IMG/VR virus record: IMGVR_UViG_3300037346_000220 | Span: 47,268-111,267 of that record | DNA length: 64,000 nucleotides | Strand: one strand, 5' to 3' | DNA from: a virus | Shown here: positions 8,154-17,264 of the stretch, in pieces | How positions within the stretch are numbered: position 1 is the first letter of the stretch | How the letters are laid out: every line of letters begins with the position of its first letter | The notes under the pieces: generated by a model | What the model was told of the DNA's origin: nothing | The model's database searches: none | What the model saw: the letters and a program-made list of their open reading frames with translations, nothing else | Made by a program: the position numbers and the translations under genes

Positions 8154-8825
8154 ATGCAACCTGAAAAAGCCATGCCACAACCAATGCAAAGCCATTCTAA
8201 GTCAACTCAGCCACACAAGTTCTTTGAGTCATTTCTAGACAATGACTTGGAGTCTTTAGCAAATGAGTTACAGGCCAGGTACCAGCTAATTGAAAACGTT
8301 GAGATTAGAGGTGTCACTCCTGTCACCGAAGCAGATGGTTGGATAGACTCTGGCAGTGTTTCAACTATGAAGTGGCAACAATACAACGTCTTCCAGTTTA
8401 ACATTCCTGGTGTTCATAACCTTTACAAGGCCTTGTCTGAGATGGTTCACGAAGCCTGTAATTACTATGGAATAGATTTTGAGTCACAGAAATTTGTAGT
8501 CCAAGGCTGGTTCAATATTAACCACACAAAGACTGGGAAGCTAGATTGGCACGACCATGGCCCTGGAGGGGCCCCTCTATTTCACGGATACTATTCCGTA
8601 GCAGCAGAGCCTTCTGAGACACACTATATCGTAACGAACCAGGAAAAAAGAATTAATCATAATGTCAACAATCGTGCAATCTTGTCAGAGATGGCCCACC
8701 CACATGCTATGGCAGATTGGTCTTGGGAAGGCCCAAGAATAACAATCGCATATGATGTTCTTCCTATGGAGCACCTAATACCAGGAGGACCAGGCCAGGA
8801 GCAACATTGGATACCTCTAATCTAA
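8154..8825 (+). CDS. Putative 2OG-Fe(II) oxygenase (HxH...H type, TIGR02466/PF13759-like)
   Basis: WFNIN...LDWHDH...FHGYYSV...HPHAM...RITIAYDV; paralog of 60228..60962. Confidence 0.75.
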   Translation: MQPEKAMPQPMQSHSKSTQPHKFFESFLDNDLESLANELQARYQLIENVEIRGVTPVTEADGWIDSGSVSTMKWQQYNVFQFNIPGVHNLYKALSEMVHEACNYYGIDFESQKFVVQGWFNINHTKTGKLDWHDHGPGGAPLFHGYYSVAAEPSETHYIVTNQEKRINHNVNNRAILSEMAHPHAMADWSWEGPRITIAYDVLPMEHLIPGGPGQEQHWIPLI

Positions 8826-8962
8826 AAAAGATTTTATGCTTTATGGGAAAGCACGATATAGTCATAGCTACATGCCCATTCACTAAAGCAGAAGCCAAGT
8901 CCTGTACCAGGTGTGACTTTGGAGACTCTCACAAAAAAGACAGTGGCATGTCCTTTAGCTAA
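8807..8962 (+). CDS. Small Cys/His putative zinc-binding protein, 51 aa (absent from the ORF track)
   Basis: SD aggag plus TTG start: MDTSNLKKILCFMGKHDIVIATCPFTKAEAKSCTRCDFGDSHKKDSGMSFS. It fills the gap between genes. Confidence 0.6.
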   Translation: MDTSNLKKILCFMGKHDIVIATCPFTKAEAKSCTRCDFGDSHKKDSGMSFS

Positions 8963-9018
8963 TAAAACAATGTTATACTTAACTATCCTGGTATTTTTAT
9001 GCCAGATAGGAGATCATA

Positions 9019-10704
9019 TTGCTAATTAGGCTTCAACAAAGAAGAGGTACAGACACTCAGTGGTCTTCCTCAGACCCCGTTCTTGCTGCTGGAGAGATTG
9101 CCCTATCTACCGATGACCAAACATTCAGGATGGGTGATGGAGTAACGGCTTGGTCCTTGTTGCCATATTTTCAGAATGCAGCAGACATAGAAGTAATCCG
9201 ATTAGCCGTCTTGGCAAACGCAAACTCCTATTCTGACACAGAGCTTGATGCAGCTATCTTATCAACTGAGAGTACCCTCTCACAAGCCATCAGCGACTCA
9301 GAGACGGCAGCAAACACTTACACGGATACCGAGATAGCCTCTCTAATTGATTCAGCACCAGAAACTCTAAACACTCTTAAAGAAATAGCAGAAGCCATTG
9401 CTGAGAACGACGGAGACATCGGCACAATTCTTGCAGCTTTAGATACAAAAGCTGCAACCGACCACACGCATACCCTCTCCGACCTAACAAATGTAGACCC
9501 CTCAGGAGCTAATTTAAACGATGTTCTGTTTTTCGACGACTCCGATCAAACCTGGAAGCCAAAAGAACTTATAGGCATCGATGCCATAACTGTAACTACT
9601 GGAGTCCCCACAGGAGCAGGAGAGCTATCCTATAATTCCAACACAGGGGCTTTCAGTTTTGCTCCAGCCATAACTGGAGTTACAGCAGGATCTTTTGGGG
9701 TATTGAATAGCACAACCACGTTTGCTGCATCCACAGGATCTGTATATACTTATTGGGATGGAGCAAAGAAACTAGAAGTGTCCATAACTACGACTTCTAG
9801 TTACGTAAACCTAATAAGCCTGACCAGCGACCACTTCGGCTCGTCCTCGGTAAAGCTTGTTCGGGTGGTTGACTCTGTAGAGACAGATCTCTTCACTTGG
9901 CCAATCTTAGGTACTAGGGACTTTGGCTGGACGTACTACGATCAGCATAATCTAGACGTAGGGACAGTAGTTACCTATAGAATTAAGGGACAGGCGTCAT
10001 CAGGTACCTCGTACATTGGTCAAAACGCTGATGTTCAAATGCATGTTCAAGAAGTAGCTGGGGCTTTGGGAGGACAGCCTACAAGCCCAGACATATCCGT
10101 AGCCGTTGAGGGTACTGGAAGCACCACTGGTGGCTTGGCTTACGACGACGGACTTCTTACTTACACCCCAGTGCTTCCTGCAGCAGCAGCACTATCAGAA
10201 TTAACTGACGTAGATTTAACTGGATTGTCAGACACGGATGTCTTAGCTTATGATCTAGCCTCTGGAACTTGGTTACCAGGTTCTGCAGCATCATCTGTAG
10301 CCCAACTTTCCGACGTAGACCTAACAGGCATGATTGATAAATCCCTGTTGCAGTACTCTTCTTCATCGGATAAGTGGGAAGCTACGTCTATAGACATAGC
10401 TCCAAGTCTTGTAGCTTTTAACCCCAGGTACGGACCCTACACTTTTGAGATCACAGACAAAGACAAGATGGTAGAATGTACATCGGAGGTTACCTTCACG
10501 GTACCCAACAACTCTTCAGTAGCCTTTCCAATTGGATCAACGATAACTGTTATGCAGAAAGGTTCTGGTCAAATTACTATTGTGGGAGCTTCTGGGGTGT
10601 CTCTGAACTTCACCCCTAGCAACAAAACAAGGACCCAGTACTCTTCAGCAACTCTAGTAAAGAGAGATACGAATGTCTGGTACTTGATGGGGGACCTAGA
10701 GTAA
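9019..10704 (+). CDS. Second Mtd_N-like fibre protein with a C-terminal 'W...GDL' domain
   Basis: LQQRRGTDTQW...LAAGEI...FRMGDG, APETLNTLKEIA and LSxLxDVD repeats; ends WYLMGDLE. Confidence 0.8.
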   Translation: MLIRLQQRRGTDTQWSSSDPVLAAGEIALSTDDQTFRMGDGVTAWSLLPYFQNAADIEVIRLAVLANANSYSDTELDAAILSTESTLSQAISDSETAANTYTDTEIASLIDSAPETLNTLKEIAEAIAENDGDIGTILAALDTKAATDHTHTLSDLTNVDPSGANLNDVLFFDDSDQTWKPKELIGIDAITVTTGVPTGAGELSYNSNTGAFSFAPAITGVTAGSFGVLNSTTTFAASTGSVYTYWDGAKKLEVSITTTSSYVNLISLTSDHFGSSSVKLVRVVDSVETDLFTWPILGTRDFGWTYYDQHNLDVGTVVTYRIKGQASSGTSYIGQNADVQMHVQEVAGALGGQPTSPDISVAVEGTGSTTGGLAYDDGLLTYTPVLPAAAALSELTDVDLTGLSDTDVLAYDLASGTWLPGSAASSVAQLSDVDLTGMIDKSLLQYSSSSDKWEATSIDIAPSLVAFNPRYGPYTFEITDKDKMVECTSEVTFTVPNNSSVAFPIGSTITVMQKGSGQITIVGASGVSLNFTPSNKTRTQYSSATLVKRDTNVWYLMGDLE

Positions 10705-10705
10705 T

Positions 10706-11731
10706 ATGGGCATAAAAGCAATCTTGCGAGCAGGACAACAATCTCTTTTGAAAGAGGTTAGCCTAAACTTAAGCTCTGAACCAGACCTCTCTATTGACGC
10801 AAGCCTTGTCAACAACTCTTTAAGCTCAACAACAAGAACAAATGCTAGAGGATCCACGTGGAGTTTTACTAGAGGTACCTGGGGGATTCTGTCAGGAAAG
10901 CTAAAAGCATCTAATCCCTCAAGTTATCCCATTGCCGTAGTTGACGCATTAGTCCCAAACGTAGAAATAAATATTAAAGATATTGGACAGGGCTCTGGAA
11001 CCGCTCTTTGGTATACGGACAGCGATAACTGGTGGGGTGTCGGAGTGTATCAAGACTCTGAGAATTGTAACTGTACAACCTCATACTATAGCTGCAACTG
11101 TACTGCATACAGCTACTGTACAGGTGGCTATACAACCTGCAATTCTGGCAGTGAACAACCTAATGGCACTTGGGCTCAACACTATAGCTATCAGACGTGC
11201 GGCCCAGCTTATGTCTTTAACTACTGCTCTTCTTATGGGACTATTAACTATAATTACACCTATGGGTACACTAATACAGGCTGTACGGGGTACTCCCAAG
11301 GTAGTAACGCCGTTTGTACAACTCATCAAAATACTGTGATACATCAAAACTACGCATTTGTTTGTAACTCTTCGACCTATACTTGCAATCAGTGGGCTGG
11401 GGGCTCAAGCTGCTCAATATGTGCCTCAACAAGTTGCCAAACTTGCTACCCAGCGTATGTTAGAATGGTAAGGTCAGCATCAGCTACAGTTTCCACGTTG
11501 GCAACGTATGCAATTGATTATGTGGCAAGGTCTCTAAGAGTTTTCGTAAAAGACAAGCAAGTTACCATCCAACCATTTTCTGACGCAGCTGGGAATACAT
11601 CTATTGGAAGCGAGATAATCTATGATGCGTCAGCAGCGACAGAGACTACAAAATTTGGAATTCTGATTTCACCTTCATCTTACGATGAGCAAGGATCCAT
11701 ACAAGATATATCTATCAAAAGGAGATACTAA
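10706..11731 (+). CDS. Putative tip protein: beta-rich domain interrupted by a 16-Cys Tyr/Thr/Ser-rich insert
   Basis: All 16 Cys lie between DNWWGVGVYQ and AYVRMVRS. It directly follows a GDL-ending fibre. Confidence 0.7.
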   Translation: MGIKAILRAGQQSLLKEVSLNLSSEPDLSIDASLVNNSLSSTTRTNARGSTWSFTRGTWGILSGKLKASNPSSYPIAVVDALVPNVEINIKDIGQGSGTALWYTDSDNWWGVGVYQDSENCNCTTSYYSCNCTAYSYCTGGYTTCNSGSEQPNGTWAQHYSYQTCGPAYVFNYCSSYGTINYNYTYGYTNTGCTGYSQGSNAVCTTHQNTVIHQNYAFVCNSSTYTCNQWAGGSSCSICASTSCQTCYPAYVRMVRSASATVSTLATYAIDYVARSLRVFVKDKQVTIQPFSDAAGNTSIGSEIIYDASAATETTKFGILISPSSYDEQGSIQDISIKRRY

Positions 11732-11965
11732 ATGTCATTACCAGACATCCCAGCAATATCAGAGATAAACTCAGGCCGATACCCATTTAACATTGCCGTA
11801 GTGATTGACAATGTCGTGTACTCAGTCTTAAACCTACCAGGTTCCCAGGCAGCGCTTTACGCCGCTCAGCCAACATTTGTCCAGGTTGACTTTAATCAGG
11901 TTGTTACAGGTTCGGTCTATAACCCTGCCGATGGAACATTTACTGACCCAGAAGTAAACGAATAG
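11732..11965 (+). CDS. Small acidic protein, paralog of 1030..1260
   Basis: IAVVIDNVV...QPTFVQV...GSVYNPADGTFTDP. Confidence 0.65.
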   Translation: MSLPDIPAISEINSGRYPFNIAVVIDNVVYSVLNLPGSQAALYAAQPTFVQVDFNQVVTGSVYNPADGTFTDPEVNE

Positions 11966-12010
11966 GGGGCTAACTCGACAAACCCCCATGGGGTTTAGAT
12001 TGGACAAAAT

Positions 12011-12700
12011 GTGAAGCTTATTAGGTTTACCTCGCATAAAGATTATGAATCATCTGGACAACCTGTCCCAGCAAAGAAGACCGTGCCCCAATGGTTTAAG
12101 GATGCAGAAGTTACCTTTACCGTACCAGGGTCTAAAACTCCTATGTCAGGGTTAAAGAAATGTATACCTTACCTTGATGTTCTGACCTCAGGGTATATGC
12201 TTGTAACTCCAGCTGACATCTATATCTCTCAAAATAAGTCTGGCGATGGCATTGACGTCAAATGGGACGAGTCTCCCTCAGGAAGCTTTATAGATGAGAG
12301 GCCAAAAGAGCTTGGAGCAACAATGCCAAGACCAGAGGGCTTTGCTCCTAATCACATGGTTTGGGTAGGTCGCTGGGGTTGGAAAGTCCCTAGGGGTTAC
12401 AGTGTCCTCGTAACACACCCTTTTAATAGGTTAGATCTGCCATTCCATACTCAGTCTGCTATTATCGATAGTGATAGTTTTTTTGCCCCAGGAAACATCC
12501 CCTTCTTCATAAATAAAAGCTTCTCTGGGAAGATACCAAAAGGGACTCCTTTTGCACAGCTGCTGCCAATTAAGCGTGACAGTTGGAAGATGGTAAAAAA
12601 TGATCAGGCCTTGCTAGAAATTGCAGATCTCCAGGGGCACGTCGTCCGATCTGATGCCCCGTACAGAATGATATCTTGGTTTAGAAAGAAGTATGACTAA
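12011..12700 (+). CDS. Uncharacterised protein with dUTPase/dCTP-deaminase-like fold motifs
   Basis: PQWFK, KKCIPYLDVLTSGY, SAIIDSD (like dUTPase motif 3) and IPKGTPFAQL (like motif 4); paralog of 63120..63842. Confidence 0.6.
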   Translation: MKLIRFTSHKDYESSGQPVPAKKTVPQWFKDAEVTFTVPGSKTPMSGLKKCIPYLDVLTSGYMLVTPADIYISQNKSGDGIDVKWDESPSGSFIDERPKELGATMPRPEGFAPNHMVWVGRWGWKVPRGYSVLVTHPFNRLDLPFHTQSAIIDSDSFFAPGNIPFFINKSFSGKIPKGTPFAQLLPIKRDSWKMVKNDQALLEIADLQGHVVRSDAPYRMISWFRKKYD

Positions 12701-13146
12701 TGACTAAAAAAAGCAAAAATGTAAACAAGGACGGAATTAGGAAGCCAGTTCCTGCCATCGTAAACTTGGAAGCAGCTAGGTTCGTAAAGATCTCTACAGC
12801 CCAGCTAATAAAGATATGGCTAAGAAAAAAGATTATAGGAGAATCAGACATTGCTGGTAAGATTCATGAGCTAGAGCATAAGGCTCTAATGAAGGAGCAG
12901 ACAGAAGACCCGTCTTACAACCCCACCCCCACTTCGGTCAAGGCTTACCACCTAGCTGTAGTCGTTGAGGGCAACGTCGTAGAGATAATGAGGGCTTCAG
13001 ACGGTATGACAGAGATTCTGCTAATGTCCCCAGACTTTATAGTTTACCTTCCAAAAGAGACTGACGTCAAGATTGGAATGGAGTATAAGAACGGAGACTT
13101 TGTAGATGTCGCAGAAGAATTTGCCAAAGATACCACCACTGAATAA
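12700..13146 (+). CDS. Protein whose C-terminal domain is paralogous to 1030..1260
   Basis: LAVVVEGNVV...SPDFIV...VKIGMEYKNGDF. Confidence 0.65.
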   Translation: MTKKSKNVNKDGIRKPVPAIVNLEAARFVKISTAQLIKIWLRKKIIGESDIAGKIHELEHKALMKEQTEDPSYNPTPTSVKAYHLAVVVEGNVVEIMRASDGMTEILLMSPDFIVYLPKETDVKIGMEYKNGDFVDVAEEFAKDTTTE

Positions 13147-13309
13147 ACCTCAAGTTGCTATAAGCAAAGAAACAAGAGAGGCCAGGTATGACACTTGTAA
13201 GTCCTGTAAGTTTTTTATGAAGATAAACAGTGTGTGTAAACTATGCGGTTGTGATATGGAACAAAAGACTCACGTTCAAGAAGCTACCTGCCCAGCTGGT
13301 AAATGGTAA
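13106..13309 (+). CDS. Small Cys-rich protein (DUF6171-like)
   Basis: RYDTCKSC...VCKLCGCDM...TCPAGKW. Confidence 0.75.
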   Translation: MSQKNLPKIPPLNKPQVAISKETREARYDTCKSCKFFMKINSVCKLCGCDMEQKTHVQEATCPAGKW

Positions 13310-13325
13310 AAAAAATAGTTTATTA

Positions 13326-13334
13326 TGCTAAAAT
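13326..13334 (+). promoter_or_regulatory. Extended -10 promoter, leaderless start
   Basis: TGcTAAAAT-6 nt-ATG(13341). Confidence 0.6.
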
Positions 13335-13340
13335 AGAAAC

Positions 13341-16300
13341 ATGTCTCAACCATCGAATCTTTATGCAGAAAAGATATTTGCAGAACACCCCATAGCTCTC
13401 TGGGCCCTAGAAGAGCAGGTAGACTATCTATCATTAGTCTCTGATCCCCAAAGAGACTTCTCCCAATGGCAGCCAGTAAATTCTGAAGTCTTGTCACCAG
13501 ATAGTTCAGCCCTAGACTATCCAGCTCCTTACCCACTTTCACCCTTGGGTCTAATGTCGTTAACGACAAGCACCTCTGGGTTCACGTCCTTTGGCGCAGC
13601 GTCCCCCCTGGCATATCCAGTTATGGTTGATTCGTTTTCTTCTACGAAGGACACCTTCTGCATAGGCATTCATCTTCTAGCGGTCAGTCAAACAGTGCTC
13701 TCTATTTCAGTAGGGTACACTTATGTAGACTCAGAGACAGGCCTGCCCGTTACCAAGGCAACGTCCTTTCCAGTATCGTCAAACACTAACTGGTCTTTCA
13801 TATCAGAAACCTTTTCCGTTTCAGAAATAAACTCAGAGTCGTTCTACCCCTCAATCTCTGTAGTCTCGGCCCACCCAGAATCAATTACAGGTCCAATAAC
13901 TCACCTAGTCTATGTCAATGGTCTTACCGTAGGGCAAAACTCAGAAGAGTTCAACTACGGGTCATTAGGAATTTCTCCATCTGGTCAAGAAGAAAATATC
14001 TTTGGTGTAGAACCCAGCGACATCCTAGTTCCGTCCGATCAGTATGGGATAGTAGGGAGAAAAGCTTACTATGTCGTAAAAGGCGGAAACAATCTAGTCT
14101 CTCAGAACTCAGGGATGCCTCTTGTTTATGGCGCTCAGAATGCTACAGTCATGACAAATTCTCAGGGAACCCCCAACCTACTGATACCAGGATATGGGTT
14201 TATGAATGATTCAGGAAGAAACAAGGAGTACACTTTTGAAATGTGGTTTAGACCAAACTCTTTTGCAACATCTTCCACTAGAATTTTTGGACCAGTAGCC
14301 TCAAATGACGGGATCTACATAGATGGAGCATTCTTAAGGTTAAAGCTAGGAGGTTCTATAGCATCACACTATGTAGGCGATTCCTTCAGGCCTATGCTCG
14401 TAAACATTAAAACTCTAAAAGACTCAGCTTCCTTGCTTATTAACGGAGAGTCGGTAGCAACTATAACGTTTGATTCAGCCACCATTCCTCTACCAGCTCC
14501 TAAACTTGATGGAAAGAATCAAGACTTTTTAGCATTCTATACTTCAGACGCTGTTCCTCAGATTGATGTAGACTGCGTGGCCATCTACTCATACTCAGTT
14601 CCTTCCTTAGTAGCTAAAAGGCGAATGGCCTACGGCCAAGCTGTAGAGTTTCCAGAAAACGTAAACACGGCATACAGTGGGACAACGGCGTACTTCGATT
14701 ATAACTTTGCAGATTACACAAACAATTATTCATACCCAAATATCGGAAGATGGTATCAGGGAATTTCAGACAACCTTGTTTTTGACAATGATGTCCTCTC
14801 AACGCCAAGCTATGGGCTCCCACAGCTAGTTATGCAGGATGAGACAACTTATAAGAATTGGGTTTCTGAAAACTCTGATAATCAGGTGGTAGACGAAGAC
14901 CTGTTCTTCAGCTTTAGCTCACCTGGCTACCTGTACTTTGAAAAACTTAGAATGCTTACTCAAGATACCAGGGCTATCTATATGGTTTTTGAAACCTCAG
15001 GATACTCAGAGAACAAGCAGGTATTGCTTAGAGTTGAAGACAACTTGACAACCAACAACTTCGAGGTATCTGTTACTGGATCAGATGTGTCTTACACCCT
15101 AAACTACCAAGGGGTAGAGACTTCCCTATACACGGAGTCAGACCTGATAGCAAACACAAAAGCCTTTGCAGGGATAGACATAGACGGTTTGGCAAAGTAT
15201 TTCGGAAGAACCTTTACTGCATTCTTTGGTAACAAGTCACGCCTCAGTGTTTATGTTGGATCAGACAAAGACTTTGAGAGCCCATTCTCAGGAAAGATTT
15301 ACTCTATAAATTTCTGTACCAACAAAAACTTTCAGAAGGTCTCAGCCTTTTTCCAAGATCCAGAGATCATTAGCACAGACTTTGTTGCTGACGCAGGAGA
15401 TAACTACTTTGGCACTGACGCATCGACATGGTTCAGAACCTTTGACGGAGGCTTTGTAGATTCTTTTAGCCTAGATGGAGCAGCTAGCCACATAGCGAGT
15501 TATAGCCTAAGAGCTAAAAGCATTTTTGATAATTACTCTATAGACATCCTAGCAGATTCTTATTGGGAAGATTACATTCCCCTAAAGCATTTTGCACAGT
15601 ATGTCACCAACAGTGACTCAGGATCTTATTATGACTTGGATTTTTTGCAGTTTAACGTGGGATACCCAGCAATTAGAAAGTTCTTAGCTGGAAGTTTTGA
15701 TACGTCTAATAGCTCCGTAAAGAGTTATATAACTTTTCAGTACTTAGCTACAGGAGCGACAGCGCAACCAGGATACTTTACAGAGACCATGAGCGCACCA
15801 CAGAGCGGTATTGTAGAGCCTGGAGATAACTGGATGACAACAAGGTACGAGGTTGTCAATGGTTCGATCATCTACCTTCCAAAGAACATAGACTTTTTAG
15901 ACATAGCTTTGGTGACAAGCTTAGAGATAGTTTCCCAGGGCATCAGTTTAGATAAGATAAAGATAAAAAGCCTAGAGTATGCATCTCAGGCTTTTAATGG
16001 AGACACCTCAAACCCTATTGGTACTCGGTTTGGTCTCCCTGTGTTTCCCTACAGAAAATACAACCTTTACTACGACTATAAGACTAGGAACCCATACAAG
16101 ATATACAAGAGGGGCTCTCCTTATCTTTACTTGACGTCAGACAGCGGAATCAAAAAGGTGGGAGAGCAAGAGAGGGTCACAGACAGAGGGCTTTCAATAC
16201 CAGTTAACTTAAACCTATCAGAAAAGTATAGGGTGGTATCTATGCAAATGGCAATGAGGTTTGACGAAGAATCTTTCCCCGACAAGGTCAGAGTATTTGA

Positions 16301-16877
16301 GGTTGAAGCAAAGAACTCATATATTAAGTTTTACTTAGCCAAGGTTGGAACTTCAGGAAAGAGGGCAAAGCTGTATGCCGTCAATGCAGCAACAGGCGCA
16401 GTAAACGACGGTGTCGCTTTTTATCTTAATGGAAAGCTTGTCCGTCAACCTGTGATCAATCTAGACCAATGGAACATGCTAGGAGTAACATTCTCGACAG
16501 TTCTCAATTTTGACTCATACTCTGGGGGTATCAGAATTACTGGTCCTCTAATGGTTAATAATGTTTCGCAGTATCAGTCTACAAACCTACAGGAAATTCA
16601 GGAGCAAGACTTTAGGCAATGGTCTGAGGTCGCCACTAACCCAGCAGACATATCAGGACTTGGCTGGAAGTTCTGGAGCAATACATATATTTGGAATGGG
16701 GTTCTAGTAAAGTCCTCTACAAATATCTATGGAATAACTCCTGACGATATATATAGGACTTACATAGGGACAAATAAGATAATCGTTGACGACAATCAAT
16801 CAATATCTATAGGAAATTACGAGTATTCAGCTTATGCTGACATCAAGTGGACCACATCTGTTGCCACTCCCGTATAA
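13341..16877 (+). CDS. Large virion structural protein with ConA/LamG-like beta domains
   Basis: 1178 aa and beta-rich, with EHPIALWALEE, YTFEMW and LLINGE patterns. It sits between the fibre genes and the portal. Confidence 0.6.
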   Translation: MSQPSNLYAEKIFAEHPIALWALEEQVDYLSLVSDPQRDFSQWQPVNSEVLSPDSSALDYPAPYPLSPLGLMSLTTSTSGFTSFGAASPLAYPVMVDSFSSTKDTFCIGIHLLAVSQTVLSISVGYTYVDSETGLPVTKATSFPVSSNTNWSFISETFSVSEINSESFYPSISVVSAHPESITGPITHLVYVNGLTVGQNSEEFNYGSLGISPSGQEENIFGVEPSDILVPSDQYGIVGRKAYYVVKGGNNLVSQNSGMPLVYGAQNATVMTNSQGTPNLLIPGYGFMNDSGRNKEYTFEMWFRPNSFATSSTRIFGPVASNDGIYIDGAFLRLKLGGSIASHYVGDSFRPMLVNIKTLKDSASLLINGESVATITFDSATIPLPAPKLDGKNQDFLAFYTSDAVPQIDVDCVAIYSYSVPSLVAKRRMAYGQAVEFPENVNTAYSGTTAYFDYNFADYTNNYSYPNIGRWYQGISDNLVFDNDVLSTPSYGLPQLVMQDETTYKNWVSENSDNQVVDEDLFFSFSSPGYLYFEKLRMLTQDTRAIYMVFETSGYSENKQVLLRVEDNLTTNNFEVSVTGSDVSYTLNYQGVETSLYTESDLIANTKAFAGIDIDGLAKYFGRTFTAFFGNKSRLSVYVGSDKDFESPFSGKIYSINFCTNKNFQKVSAFFQDPEIISTDFVADAGDNYFGTDASTWFRTFDGGFVDSFSLDGAASHIASYSLRAKSIFDNYSIDILADSYWEDYIPLKHFAQYVTNSDSGSYYDLDFLQFNVGYPAIRKFLAGSFDTSNSSVKSYITFQYLATGATAQPGYFTETMSAPQSGIVEPGDNWMTTRYEVVNGSIIYLPKNIDFLDIALVTSLEIVSQGISLDKIKIKSLEYASQAFNGDTSNPIGTRFGLPVFPYRKYNLYYDYKTRNPYKIYKRGSPYLYLTSDSGIKKVGEQERVTDRGLSIPVNLNLSEKYRVVSMQMAMRFDEESFPDKVRVFEVEAKNSYIKFYLAKVGTSGKRAKLYAVNAATGAVNDGVAFYLNGKLVRQPVINLDQWNMLGVTFSTVLNFDSYSGGIRITGPLMVNNVSQYQSTNLQEIQEQDFRQWSEVATNPADISGLGWKFWSNTYIWNGVLVKSSTNIYGITPDDIYRTYIGTNKIIVDDNQSISIGNYEYSAYADIKWTTSVATPV

Positions 16878-16895
16878 TGTGGTATACTATTGTAC

Positions 16896-17264
16896 ATGGA
16901 AGAGAATAATAACGGGCAAATTGGTAAATCAAAGATTACAGTCTTAAACAAGGACTACCCCTGGGGTATTTATTTTTGGAAGAAAGCAAACGGGAAGCCT
17001 TATACAGACGGCCACGGAAGTGTTTTAAACATTCCTTCACACAAAGGTGACGTTCTTCAGCTTCAGAAGCTAACAAACGAAGCGACAGCCCTAGGCCATG
17101 GTGATGGATCTTACGAGTTTATAGCAGGTGCTGGCCGAGTTTCAGAAGAAGAGTATTCTGAGCAGGTAGATCGAATGAAGCAAGGACTCCTTCCAAACCT
17201 TAATGACTTAGGAGCTGTCCAAGCAGCCAAAGACACCATATCTCTTTATGGAGATGAGGAATAA
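16896..17264 (+). CDS. Hypothetical protein upstream of the portal
   Basis: ATG lies 7 nt after TGgTATACT. It is coupled to the portal gene by TAATG. Confidence 0.65.
   Translation: MEENNNGQIGKSKITVLNKDYPWGIYFWKKANGKPYTDGHGSVLNIPSHKGDVLQLQKLTNEATALGHGDGSYEFIAGAGRVSEEEYSEQVDRMKQGLLPNLNDLGAVQAAKDTISLYGDEE

Noticed and set aside
5443-11731. Diversity-generating retroelement suggested by the Mtd_N-like domains
   Set aside because: No reverse transcriptase and no template/variable repeat pair with adenine-specific mismatches was seen in the window. Mtd_N alone is an anchoring domain.
11966-12000. aaacccc-cat-ggggttt hairpin as a terminator
   Set aside because: The loop is only 3 nt and there is no separate U tract. 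The evidence is too weak to call.
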